From positions 70,926 through 134,925 of the forward strand of contig CAMDGF010000002.1 of assembly GCA_945897555.1 (NCBI GenBank): a stretch of 64,000 nt of DNA, in the 5' to 3' direction. The stretch's first letter is position 1. Each line of letters begins with the position of its first letter. A model generated the notes under the pieces. It saw nothing but the letters and a program-made list of their open reading frames with translations. It made no database searches and was not told the DNA's origin. Position numbers and translations under genes: made by a program. The DNA comes from Klebsiella pneumoniae. Lineage in GTDB: Bacteria; Pseudomonadota; Gammaproteobacteria; Burkholderiales; UBA3065. Below, piece by piece: positions 10,245 through 20,835 of the stretch.

Positions 10245-10537
10245 CCAGCCTCTTCGAGCAAGAATCCGAGACCCATGGTCACCAGCGCATCTGCGATGGC
10301 CGGCTTGGATCCGGTCAGGCGCACGCTGCGATCCTGTTGTTCTGAAAAGGTCTTGGCCGCGAGCAACAGTTGGACGCCGGCGCCATCGAACTCCTCGACC
10401 TCTTCGAGACGGATCAAGATGTCGCGACCTTCAGCCAAAGCAGTCAGCAAGTCTGATCGCAGCTCGCTCACGCCATAGATGTTGACGAGTGTCGGCAGCT
10501 TCCAGAGTGTTTGTTCAGGCCCGGTTTCGACCGCCAT
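10241..10537 (-). CDS. STAS-domain protein (anti-sigma-antagonist fold), chemosensory-cluster associated
   Basis: 98 aa. The segment ILIRLEEVEEFDGAGVQLLLAA aligns to the SpoIIAA ...FMDSSGLGVIL segment. The gene sits 1 nt after the cheY stop and overlaps the cheA start by 4 nt. Confidence 0.75.
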   Translation of the reverse strand: MAVETGPEQTLWKLPTLVNIYGVSELRSDLLTALAEGRDILIRLEEVEEFDGAGVQLLLAAKTFSEQQDRSVRLTGSKPAIADALVTMGLGFLLEEAG

Positions 10538-10538
10538 T

Positions 10539-10913
10539 TCAAGCCCTCGAGCAGGTCAGTAAGGCGACGGCTGAAAGCAGCGCATCGGGCTTGAAAGGCT
10601 TCACCATCCAGACGTTAACGCCCCGACGCTTTCCTTCCATCCTAACCTCATCCGAAGATTCTGTGGTGATCATGGCGATCGGCGTAAAACGGTAGCCGGG
10701 GCTCGCGCGGACGTGGCTGACGAATGTGAGTCCATCCATGATCGGCATGTTCACATCGCTGACGATGAAATCGATGCGCCGCCCATCGAGCAACTTCACG
10801 GCGGTCTCACCATCGTCGGCTTCGAGAACCTCATAGCCGGCGCGGCTGAGGGCGATGCGGATCACTGCTCGCATCGAGCTGGAGTCGTCGACAACGAGGA
10901 TGGTCAGTGCCAT
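10539..10913 (-). CDS. cheY: CheY response regulator
   Basis: 124 aa with LVVDDSSSMR, FIVSDVNMPIMDG, AMITTES and WMVKPF. Confidence 0.93.
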   Translation of the reverse strand: MALTILVVDDSSSMRAVIRIALSRAGYEVLEADDGETAVKLLDGRRIDFIVSDVNMPIMDGLTFVSHVRASPGYRFTPIAMITTESSDEVRMEGKRRGVNVWMVKPFKPDALLSAVALLTCSRA

Positions 10914-10925
10914 GCCGGGGCCCTC

Positions 10926-11339
10926 TCAACCGGCACTGCGCTGGCCGAGATGCCTTTCGATGAGTTTCGCGACCTCGGCGACGAGCTCGGGCTGGACCGA
11001 CTGAGAGCGGCGGGCAAGGTCGACCATCAGCGCCTCGTCGCTTTGCTTGTCAGAGTCCGACCCGGCCACAGTGGCTGCGGCGACCATGTGGCGAGCCAGT
11101 TGCAGAGTCTGGCTGATGCGATCTTGCGCTTGCAAGGCATCGAGCATGGTGTCGACGGAGGCCTGAAGCCGATCTTGAGCGGCCGTGGAGAGGCCGCTGG
11201 CATTGAGTTCAGGTGCCACGGCAAGCTCGGTCGCGATGCGCTCAGCGGCGTCGTTACCCAACGCTTGGGCGGCGGCGAGGTGCAGGTCGACAAGCTTGAG
11301 CAAGACCCCGAGCCTCTGTGCTCGCGTTGCTTCCAACAC
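10926..11339 (-). CDS. hypothetical helical protein with QDxxxQ motif (possible minimal CheZ-like phosphatase)
   Basis: 137 aa and the first gene of the chemosensory operon. Start is GTG, or the adjacent TTG, after GGGAGG. Residues 71-79 (AQDRISQTL) resemble the E. coli CheZ active-site segment FQDLTGQVI. No other family was recognised. Confidence 0.55.
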   Translation of the reverse strand: MLEATRAQRLGVLLKLVDLHLAAAQALGNDAAERIATELAVAPELNASGLSTAAQDRLQASVDTMLDALQAQDRISQTLQLARHMVAAATVAGSDSDKQSDEALMVDLARRSQSVQPELVAEVAKLIERHLGQRSAG

Positions 11340-11404
11340 CTACCTCCCGGCGTATCCAACCGATGTATCGGTGGAGTCTACCCCAGAGATCCACGGCGCA
11401 TGGG

Positions 11405-11483
<79 letters not shown>

Positions 11484-11501
11484 GTGTCGCGATGCTACCG
11501 C

Positions 11502-11531
11502 GCCCGACCAGGCTGGCGCCTGGCGTCGGGC
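11502..11531 (-). terminator. GC-rich hairpin immediately after the rpoD stop codon
   Basis: GCCCGA-CCAGGC-TGGC-GCCTGG-(CG)-TCGGGC forms 6+6 bp with a 2-nt bulge. There is no U-tract. The tRNA starts 18 nt downstream, so this may be a processing or stability element rather than a full terminator. Confidence 0.4.
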
Positions 11532-13445
<1,914 letters not shown>

Positions 13446-13473
13446 GTCTGGCCTACGGATGCGATAACCTTCC

Positions 13474-13482
13474 ATTATATCA
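13474..13482 (-). promoter_or_regulatory. extended -10 element (TGATATAAT) upstream of rpoD
   Basis: A perfect TATAAT with an upstream TGn lies on the minus strand in the 30-nt dnaG-rpoD gap, about 29 nt before the rpoD ATG at 13445. Confidence 0.4.
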
Positions 13483-13505
13483 AGGTATCTCGGCGTCGCC
13501 GGACC

Positions 13506-15233
13506 TCAGGCGCCGGTGATGCCTTTGCGACGGCGCAGGTCGGCAAGCCAGGCTGCGCGCGCCTCGGGCGCCAGTGCCGCCAGATCGATGGCGTCAGGCT
13601 CGCGGTGCCTGTCGGGCAGGCGCCGAGCGAGTTCGAGCACTTCCTGGGCAAGGTCGACGTCTTCCGGCAGGTCGCGGGTCAAGCGTGCGGCATCGCGGCA
13701 GGCGGCTGCATGAGGGCTGTCACGCAGTTGGCCGGCCAGACTCTCTACCGACACACCGGCTTGACCGGCGCAGATCTCGAGCACCGCGAGCAGGGCGCGG
13801 GTGGCCGGTTCGTCGCCCAGATCGGCGACCCGCGTCGGGTCGATCCGGTCGGCAAGCATGGGCGCACGCAGCACGCGTGCGAGGAGCATCGCGGCGAGTG
13901 AGCCAGCCGGCTGGCGAGCTTTGATGGGTGGCGCCCTTGGGCGCTCTTGACGCGCCGCCTGGCCGATCAGGCCATCGACCTCTCCGGAGGACAATCCCGC
14001 AGCATCGGCGACCCGCTTGCGCAGCAGCAGCGCCAGCGCAGGGGCCTGGATCTGCCGCAGCAAAGGCTCGGCGCGGTGCAGGATCTGCGCGGAAGCCTCC
14101 ACCGCATCACCCTCGGCCTGCGCGGTGAGTTCGCGCACCATGAACTCGGCGAGCGACAGCGCGCGGCCGAGCGCATCGACGAAGCCTTCGGCCCCGACCG
14201 CACGGACGAAGGTGTCTGGGTCCTCTCCGTCGGGCAAGAACAGGAACTTGAGCCGGACATCATCGCGCAGCACGCCAAGGCTGTTCTCGAGTGCGCGCCA
14301 GGCAGCCTTGCGGCCGGCCGCGTCGCCGTCGAAACAGAAGACGATCTCGTCGACCATGCGCAGCAACTTCTGCACATGGGTCGGTGTGGTCGAGGTGCCT
14401 AAGGTCGCCACCGCATTGCCGATGCCGTGTTGCGCCAGCGCCACCACGTCCATGTAGCCTTCGACAACGATGGCGCGGTTGTCGCGCTTCATGGCGTCCT
14501 TGGCTGGCCACAGGCCGAACAGCTCGCGGCCCTTGTTGAAGAGCGGCGTCTCCGGGCTGTTGAGGTATTTGGGCTCGCCGCGGTCGAGGATGCGGCCGCC
14601 GAAGCCGATCATGCGGCCGGCGCCGTCGGTGATCGGGAACATGATGCGGTCACGGAAGCGGTCGTGCCGCTTGCCGGCCTCGCCGGCCACCACCAGCCCG
14701 GCCTCGATGAGGTCGGCGTTGCTGCGGTAGTCCGGGAAGATGCCAGACAGCGTGTCCCAGCCCTCCGGCGCGTAGCCGAGCCCGAAGCGCTTGGCTACGG
14801 TGCCGGTCAGGCCGCGGCCCTTGAGGTAGTCGACGGCGCGCGGCGTCTCTTTGAGTCTTTGCCGGTAGAGCGCCGCTGCGGCATCGAGCAGGGGGCGCAA
14901 TGCCTCCGAGCGGCTGCGGCTGGGGTTGGAGCCGGTGCCGCGTTCGTTGGGGACCTCGAGGCCGAGGCTGGCGGCGAGGCTCTCGATCGCCTCAACAAAA
15001 CCAAGGTTCTCGTATTCCATGACGAAGCGGATGGCGGTGCCGTGCGCCCCGCAGCCGAAGCAGTGATAGAACTGCTTGCTTGGACTGACGGTAAAGGACG
15101 GTGAGCGCTCGTCGTGGAATGGGCAGCAGGCGCTGAGGTTGGCGCCAGCGCGCTTGAGCTGGAGGCGCTTGCCGACCACGTCGACGATGTCGAGGCGGGC
15201 GAGCAGGTCGTCAATGAATGACTGCGGGATCAT
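13506..15233 (-). CDS. dnaG: DNA primase DnaG
   Basis: Zinc ribbon CPFHDERSPSFTVSPSKQFYHCFGCGAHG and Toprim motifs VVEGYMDV and FCFDGDAAGRKAA. Confidence 0.96.
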   Translation of the reverse strand: MIPQSFIDDLLARLDIVDVVGKRLQLKRAGANLSACCPFHDERSPSFTVSPSKQFYHCFGCGAHGTAIRFVMEYENLGFVEAIESLAASLGLEVPNERGTGSNPSRSRSEALRPLLDAAAALYRQRLKETPRAVDYLKGRGLTGTVAKRFGLGYAPEGWDTLSGIFPDYRSNADLIEAGLVVAGEAGKRHDRFRDRIMFPITDGAGRMIGFGGRILDRGEPKYLNSPETPLFNKGRELFGLWPAKDAMKRDNRAIVVEGYMDVVALAQHGIGNAVATLGTSTTPTHVQKLLRMVDEIVFCFDGDAAGRKAAWRALENSLGVLRDDVRLKFLFLPDGEDPDTFVRAVGAEGFVDALGRALSLAEFMVRELTAQAEGDAVEASAQILHRAEPLLRQIQAPALALLLRKRVADAAGLSSGEVDGLIGQAARQERPRAPPIKARQPAGSLAAMLLARVLRAPMLADRIDPTRVADLGDEPATRALLAVLEICAGQAGVSVESLAGQLRDSPHAAACRDAARLTRDLPEDVDLAQEVLELARRLPDRHREPDAIDLAALAPEARAAWLADLRRRKGITGA

Positions 15234-15274
15234 CGCGCAACCGGGTGTAGGCTGGCGGGGCAGCCCGTGCGTGG

Positions 15275-15280
15275 ATTATA
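15275..15280 (-). promoter_or_regulatory. candidate -10 box (TATAAT) for dnaG
   Basis: A perfect TATAAT on the minus strand 42 nt upstream of the dnaG ATG. The -35 is weak. A GC-rich stem (15313-15346, GCCGGCC...GGCCGGC) lies between yqeY and this box. Confidence 0.3.
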
Positions 15281-15400
15281 GGGCTACAGGTCTCTTGGAC
15301 ACTCGACCAGAAGCCGGCCGACACCCCAACAACTGCTGGGGCCGGCGCCGATTGGGACACGACAGCCGCCGGGGCGCGACGCCTCGGGCGAGCGCTGCCG

Positions 15401-15859
15401 TCAGGTCAAGGCGGCCTTGATACGGGCCGAAACTGAAGCCATGTCAGCGCGGCCGGCAAGCTTGGCTTTGACCTCCGCCATCACCTTACCCATGTCTTTG
15501 GCGCCAACGGCCCCTGTCGAGGCCACGGCGGCAGCGATGATCGCATCGATCTCGGCGTCGGACAGGCGGGCTGGGAGGTAGGCCTCGAGCACTTCCATCT
15601 CGAAGCGCTCGGTCGCAGCGAGTTCAGGCCGGCCGCCGGCCTCGTACTGGGCGATGGCGTCGCGGCGCTGCTTGATCTGCTTCTCGACGATGGCGATCAC
15701 GCCGGCATCATCAAGCTCGATGCGTTCGTCGACCTCGCGCTGCTTGATGCCTGCCAACAACAGGCGAATGGCTGCGAGGCGCGGCGCATCCTTGGCACGC
15801 ATCGCCGATTTCATAGCCTCGGCGATCTGCGTCTTGAGGGGCTGTGTCTCGGTGGACAC
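15401..15859 (-). CDS. GatB/YqeY domain protein
   Basis: 152 aa with AMKSAMRAKDAPRLAAIRLLLAGIKQREVDE and DMGKVMAEVKAKLAGRADM, typical of YqeY. It lies between rpsU and dnaG. Confidence 0.88.
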   Translation of the reverse strand: MSTETQPLKTQIAEAMKSAMRAKDAPRLAAIRLLLAGIKQREVDERIELDDAGVIAIVEKQIKQRRDAIAQYEAGGRPELAATERFEMEVLEAYLPARLSDAEIDAIIAAAVASTGAVGAKDMGKVMAEVKAKLAGRADMASVSARIKAALT

Positions 15860-15871
15860 GGTCCCTCGCGC

Positions 15872-16084
15872 TCAGTAGAGCTTTTTGGGCAGCATCTGGC
15901 TGCGGATGCGTTTGTAGTGGCGCTTCACGGCAGCCGCGAGCTTGCGCTTGCGCTCGGAGGTGGGCTTCTCGTAGAACTCGCGGGCTCGCAGTTCGGTGAG
16001 CAGGCCGGTCTTTTCGATGGTGCGCTTGAAGCGGCGCATGGCCACTTCGAAGGCTTCGTTCTCGCGGACACGTACGCTAGGCAT
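15872..16084 (-). CDS. rpsU: 30S ribosomal protein S21
   Basis: 70 aa, [48 protein letters not shown]. Confidence 0.97.
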   Translation of the reverse strand: MPSVRVRENEAFEVAMRRFKRTIEKTGLLTELRAREFYEKPTSERKRKLAAAVKRHYKRIRSQMLPKKLY

Positions 16085-16135
16085 TTACACTCCGGGCTGA
16101 TGCCGGCGTCGGCCGGCGGTTCGTCAAAGGCCCGT

Positions 16136-16163
16136 GATTATACCCGCCGGGCGTGACTTGAAA
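16136..16163 (-). promoter_or_regulatory. candidate sigma-70 promoter of rpsU (TTTTCA-N16-TATAAT)
   Basis: Minus-strand TATAAT at 16136-16141 and TTTTCA at 16158-16163. The palindrome GCCGGC-GTCG-GCCGGC (16101-16116) lies in the predicted leader. Confidence 0.4.
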
Positions 16164-16186
16164 ACCTTTTTCTGCGGGGCGCTGGA

Positions 16187-17281
16187 TTGGATCCTGTGCG
16201 AGTCGAGACCGGCCGGGCGGCTGTGGCAGCAGACCTCTGCGTGCTCGGTATCGAGACCTCCTGCGACGAGACCGGAGTGGCTTTGTACCACTCGCGGCTC
16301 GGCCTGCTGGCCCACGCGCTGCATACGCAGGCGGCGATGCATGCCGAATACGGTGGCGTGGTGCCGGAACTGGCCTCGCGTGACCACATCCGCCGCATCG
16401 TGCCGCTCACCCGCGCGGTGCTGGCGCACGCGGGCCTGCGTCTCGACGCGGTCGACGGCATCGCCTACACCCAAGGCCCGGGGCTGGCCGGTGCGCTGTT
16501 GGTCGGCGCAGCCTTTGCCGAGGGGCTCGCACTGGCCCTTGGCAAGCCCCTGATACCTGTGCATCACCTCGAAGGTCACCTGCTCTCGCCCCTTCTGTGC
16601 GAGCGTCCGCCAGCATTCCCTTTTGTCGCGCTTCTGGTGTCGGGTGGGCACAGCCAGCTCATGCACGTCAGTGGCCTTGGCTGCTACGAACTGCTGGGCG
16701 AGTCACTCGATGATGCGGCCGGCGAGGCCTTTGACAAGACGGCCAAGCTGATGGGCCTGGGCTATCCCGGAGGACCGGCGCTGTCCCGCCTTGCGGCGCA
16801 GGGCCGTGCGGGACGCTTCCGTCTGCCGCGCCCGATGATCGACAGTGGTGACCTCGACATGAGTTTCTCCGGTCTGAAGACGGCGGTGGTGATGGCTTTG
16901 CGCGACTTGCCCGATGGCGATTCGCCGGACGCGCTCCAGGCTCGGGCCGATCTCGCCGCCGAATTCGAGGCCGCGGTGGCCGACGTGTTGGCGGCCAAGG
17001 CCATGGCTGCGCTGCGCCGGTGCGGCGCCAGGCGGCTGGTGGTGGCCGGGGGTGTGGGGGCCAATCGGCGCTTGCGTGAGCGGCTCGCGGTCGAGGCTGA
17101 GCGTGTCGGCTCGGGCCTGTATTTCCCTGATCTGCAGTTTTGCACCGATAACGGCGCGATGATCGCGTTGGCCGGGGCACTCCGCTTGCTGCACGCCAGC
17201 CCCGTGGCGGATGCGGCACACAGCCGGGCCGTGTGCGTAAGGCCCCGCTGGCCGCTCGCCGAGCTCAGCCCGCCGGGCTGA
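16187..17281 (+). CDS. tsaD: tRNA N6-adenosine threonylcarbamoyltransferase TsaD (start uncertain; GTG at 16241 gives the usual [13 protein letters not shown]-terminus)
   Basis: Contains [25 protein letters not shown] and FSGLKTA. It is divergent from rpsU, as in E. coli. Confidence 0.94.
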   Translation: MDPVRVETGRAAVAADLCVLGIETSCDETGVALYHSRLGLLAHALHTQAAMHAEYGGVVPELASRDHIRRIVPLTRAVLAHAGLRLDAVDGIAYTQGPGLAGALLVGAAFAEGLALALGKPLIPVHHLEGHLLSPLLCERPPAFPFVALLVSGGHSQLMHVSGLGCYELLGESLDDAAGEAFDKTAKLMGLGYPGGPALSRLAAQGRAGRFRLPRPMIDSGDLDMSFSGLKTAVVMALRDLPDGDSPDALQARADLAAEFEAAVADVLAAKAMAALRRCGARRLVVAGGVGANRRLRERLAVEAERVGSGLYFPDLQFCTDNGAMIALAGALRLLHASPVADAAHSRAVCVRPRWPLAELSPPG

Positions 17282-18446
17282 TCGGCCGGCTCCTTGGCAC
17301 GTCGGGCGCGCCACAACCGATGCGCTGAAAGTACCCGTCTGCTGTACGGGCCACGTGGCCATCGAGCTCGAGTTCCATGAGTCCGGCCAGCACTGCGGAT
17401 GTCTGCAGTCCGCTGCGGGCGACCAGCGCGTCGAGGCTGCTCGGCTCGTGACCCAGCGCGGCGAGCAGCGGCGACGCCGGCAGAGGCGCCGCACCTGACG
17501 CGGGGCTGGCCGCTGGCCTTCGCCCTGAACCCGTCTCGAGTCGTCCGAGCGGCAGAGCATCGAGGATGTCTGCGAGCGTCTCGACCAGCACGGCCCCTTC
17601 GCGGATCAGGCGGTGGCAGCCGCGTGACTGCGGCGAGTGGATCGAGCCCGGTATGGCAAGCACCTCGCGGCCAGCCTCGAGTGCATCTCGGGCGGTGATG
17701 AGCGAGCCGCTGGCAGGGGCCGCCTCCACCACCAGACAACCCAGCGACAGCCCGGCGATGATGCGGTTGCGGCGCGGGAAGGCGTAGCGCCGCAGGCCCA
17801 TGCCGGGGGGCATCTCGCTGACCACGCAACCGGTCTTCGCGATCTGTGCCTGCAAGCCACGATGTGCCTTGGGATAGGTGACATCGGGGCCGACGCCGAG
17901 CACGGCCACCGTAGAGCCGGCCTCGTGCAGCGCAGCGCTGTGGGCGATGCCGTCGATGCCGCGGGCGAGCCCGCTGACCACCGTGATCCCAGCCTGCGAC
18001 AGTGCCGCAGAGAAGGCGCGGGCGTTCTCGATACCCGCTGGTGTGGGGTTGCGGCTGCCGACCACCGCCAGCGCTGGCCCCTGCAGAAGCGGATGTTGGC
18101 CGCTGGTGAACAATACCGTTGGCGGGTCGGCGGTCTGGCGCAACTGGGGCGGGTAGTCGGCGTCGTGGATGGTGATCAGCCGGTTGCCGGGCGCTTCGAG
18201 CCAGTCGAGCGCGACAGCCCACCAACCGGCCTCGGGTGTCGCAGCGACCGCTTCGGCAAGACCGCGTCCGCCGATGGCTTCGAGCTGGCGCGACGGCAAG
18301 CTCAGCAATGCCGAGGGTGAGCCTGCCGCCACCAGCGCCGGCTCGAGTCGCACCCAGGACAAGCGGGGCCGCAACGCGATGCCGAGCCAGCCGAGCCGGT
18401 CATCGGCCAGCCGGTCCGCACTGCTCTCTGACAGCCCGGACCTCAC
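17265..18446 (-). CDS. dprA: DNA-processing protein DprA (Smf)
   Basis: Contains [13 protein letters not shown] and [20 protein letters not shown]. It is adjacent to and divergent from def-fmt. Its 3' end overlaps the tsaD 3' end by 17 nt (convergent). Confidence 0.92.
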   Translation of the reverse strand: MRSGLSESSADRLADDRLGWLGIALRPRLSWVRLEPALVAAGSPSALLSLPSRQLEAIGGRGLAEAVAATPEAGWWAVALDWLEAPGNRLITIHDADYPPQLRQTADPPTVLFTSGQHPLLQGPALAVVGSRNPTPAGIENARAFSAALSQAGITVVSGLARGIDGIAHSAALHEAGSTVAVLGVGPDVTYPKAHRGLQAQIAKTGCVVSEMPPGMGLRRYAFPRRNRIIAGLSLGCLVVEAAPASGSLITARDALEAGREVLAIPGSIHSPQSRGCHRLIREGAVLVETLADILDALPLGRLETGSGRRPAASPASGAAPLPASPLLAALGHEPSSLDALVARSGLQTSAVLAGLMELELDGHVARTADGYFQRIGCGAPDVPRSRPISPAG

Positions 18447-18458
18447 CGGGCACCGCCG

Positions 18459-18464
18459 TATAAT
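18459..18464 (+). promoter_or_regulatory. -10 box (TATAAT) positioned 6 nt before the def ATG (leaderless-type arrangement)
   Basis: The sequence reads ccgTATAATctacgcATG. There is no Shine-Dalgarno sequence between the box and the start codon. Confidence 0.4.
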
Positions 18465-18470
18465 CTACGC

Positions 18471-18980
18471 ATGGCTATTCTCCCTATCCTCGAATATCCC
18501 GATCCGCGGCTGCACCGCATCGCCGAGCCGGTTGCCACGTTAGACGAAAGCATCCGGACGCTCATCGGCGATCTGGCGGAGACGATGTATGCGGCGCCGG
18601 GTATCGGGCTCGCAGCGACCCAGTGCGACGTGCACAAGCGCGTCCTTGTCATCGATGTGTCCGACTCGCGCGATCAACTGCTGGCTTTCGTCAACCCGGT
18701 CATCAAGCAGGCCGATGGCGAGCAACTGTTCGAGGAAGGTTGCCTCTCGGTGCCTGGCATCTATGAGGAGGTCAAGCGCGCCGAGCGGGTGGTGGTGGAG
18801 GCGCTCGACCGCGATGGCAAGTTGTTCATCCTCGAGGCCAGCGGCCTGCTCGCGGTCTGCATCCAGCACGAGATGGACCACCTGATGGGCAGGGTCTTTG
18901 TCGAACACCTGTCGCCGCTCAAGCGTAACCGCGCGGTGCAGAGGCTCCGCAAGCGCAGGCGCGATCGGGTCGACGCCTGA
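18471..18980 (+). CDS. def: peptide deformylase
   Basis: Contains the [16 protein letters not shown] and QHEMDHL motifs. Confidence 0.97.
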   Translation: MAILPILEYPDPRLHRIAEPVATLDESIRTLIGDLAETMYAAPGIGLAATQCDVHKRVLVIDVSDSRDQLLAFVNPVIKQADGEQLFEEGCLSVPGIYEEVKRAERVVVEALDRDGKLFILEASGLLAVCIQHEMDHLMGRVFVEHLSPLKRNRAVQRLRKRRRDRVDA

Positions 18981-19912
18981 TGCGGCTGGGCTTTGCCGGC
19001 ACGCCGGAATTCGCCGCGCGCGTGCTGCAGGCGCTGGTCGATGTCGGGCACCGGCCAGACATCGTCCTCACGCAGCCTGACCGCCCGGCTGGCCGTGGCC
19101 TCGCACCGCAACCGAGTGCGGTCAAGCGGCTCGCGCTCGAGCAGGGGCTGCCGGTGGCCCAGCCGGAGACGCTGAAGACGGATAGGGGTCGGCAGGCCCT
19201 CGCCGATGCCAGGCTTGATGTGCTGGTCGTCGTGGCCTACGGACTTTTGCTGCCCCCTGAGGCGTTGGCGCTGCCCCGATGGGGCTGCCTCAATGTGCAT
19301 GCCTCACTCTTGCCGCGCTGGCGCGGTGCCGCGCCGCTGCAACGGGCGATCCTCGCAGGCGACGCTGAGACCGGTGTCTGCATCATGCAGATGGATGCGG
19401 GTTTGGACACCGGGCCGGTGGCGCATCGTATCGCCACACCCATCGCTCCCGACGAGACCACAGCGTCGTTGCACGACCGCTTGGCCGCACTCGGAGGCGA
19501 GGCGTTACGCGCCGTGCTGGCAGAGCCGGGACCGTGGGAATCGACACCACAGCCGGCAGAAGGCGTGACCTACGCCGCCAAGATCGACAAGGCCGAAGCG
19601 CGTATCGACTGGACCGCAGCCGCTGCCGCCGTCGACCGCCAGGTGCGTGCCTTCAACCCGATCCCCGGCGCTTGGAGCGAGATCAGCGGCGAGCGAGTCA
19701 AGGTCTGGCAATCCTCTATCGCGCCGCTCAGGGGCGGCGTGCCGGGCGAGATCCTTGCGGTGAACGACGAGGCCCTCTGTGTGGCTTGCGGTGAGGGCAG
19801 CGTGCTGCTGGGTGAACTGCAGCGTCCGGGCCAGCGGCGCGGTGCAGCGCGCGCCTTCTGCCAGGGGTTGGGGCTCAAGGTCGGTGACCGCTTCGATGGG
19901 TGGTCGACTTGA
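18980..19912 (+). CDS. fmt: methionyl-tRNA formyltransferase
   Basis: Contains LNVHASLLPRWRGAAPLQRAI. Its start overlaps the def stop (TGATG). Confidence 0.96.
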   Translation: MRLGFAGTPEFAARVLQALVDVGHRPDIVLTQPDRPAGRGLAPQPSAVKRLALEQGLPVAQPETLKTDRGRQALADARLDVLVVVAYGLLLPPEALALPRWGCLNVHASLLPRWRGAAPLQRAILAGDAETGVCIMQMDAGLDTGPVAHRIATPIAPDETTASLHDRLAALGGEALRAVLAEPGPWESTPQPAEGVTYAAKIDKAEARIDWTAAAAAVDRQVRAFNPIPGAWSEISGERVKVWQSSIAPLRGGVPGEILAVNDEALCVACGEGSVLLGELQRPGQRRGAARAFCQGLGLKVGDRFDGWST

Positions 19913-19980
19913 ATTCTTGGCCGTAAGAGGCATCTAACAAACGGACGCCGCATCGCGCGGCTTGATCGGAGGGGAGACGG

Positions 19981-20829
19981 ATGTTCGGGAACTGGCTCAA
20001 AACCGGCCTGCTGATGGCCGCCATCGTCGCTTTGTTCGGCGCCGTGGGCCTGGCGTTGGGCGGAGCTCAAGGCATGTTGTTGGCGCTGCTCATCGGCGGC
20101 GGGATGAACGTCTTCGCCTACTGGAACTCGGACAGCATCGTCCTCAGGATGTACAACGCCCGTGAGATCGATGCGCAAAGCGAGCCGCGCTTCTACCGCA
20201 TGGTCGAGGAGCTGGCGCAGCGCGCGCAGCTGCCGATGCCGCGCGTCTACATCATCGACGAGGCGCAGCCCAATGCCTTTGCAACTGGTCGCGACCCCGA
20301 GCATGCGGCGGTGGCCGCCACCACCGGCATCATGCGCATCCTCTCCGAGCGTGAATTGCGCGGCGTGATGGCGCATGAGCTGGCGCACGTCAAGAACCGC
20401 GACACCCTCATCTCCACGCTGTCGGCTACGGTGGCGGGCGCCATCTCGATGCTGGCCAACTTCGGCATGTTCTTTGCAGGCAACAACCGCGACGGGCGTG
20501 GCGTGCATCCGGCGTTGACCATTCTGGTGATGATCATTGCCCCGATCGCCGCCATGCTCATCCAGATGGCCATCAGCCGCGCCCGCGAGTTCGGTGCCGA
20601 TGCGGGCGGTGCGGAGATCGCCGGCGACCCCGCGGCGCTTGCCGGTGCCTTGCAAAAGATCGAGGCCTATGCCCGTGGCACGCCGATGGATGTCGCCGAC
20701 GAGCACCCGGAGACAGCGCAGATGATGATCGTCAACCCCTTGTCGGGCGGCGGCATCGGCGGCCTGTTCCGCACCCACCCCGCCACCGAGGAGCGTGTCG
20801 CCCGGTTGATGGCCATGGCGCAGGGCTAG
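19981..20829 (+). CDS. htpX: membrane protease HtpX
   Basis: Contains the zinc motif [15 protein letters not shown] segments and a C-terminal [20 protein letters not shown] precedes the ATG. Confidence 0.95.
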   Translation: MFGNWLKTGLLMAAIVALFGAVGLALGGAQGMLLALLIGGGMNVFAYWNSDSIVLRMYNAREIDAQSEPRFYRMVEELAQRAQLPMPRVYIIDEAQPNAFATGRDPEHAAVAATTGIMRILSERELRGVMAHELAHVKNRDTLISTLSATVAGAISMLANFGMFFAGNNRDGRGVHPALTILVMIIAPIAAMLIQMAISRAREFGADAGGAEIAGDPAALAGALQKIEAYARGTPMDVADEHPETAQMMIVNPLSGGGIGGLFRTHPATEERVARLMAMAQG

Positions 20830-20835
20830 GCGGGG

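Noticed and set aside
17295-17309. Sigma-54-like element TTGGCACGTCGGGCGCG (GG-N10-GC spacing)
   Set aside because: It lies inside the dprA coding region, just past the tsaD stop on the + strand, with no + strand gene for more than 1 kb. The -12 element is only GC rather than TTGC.
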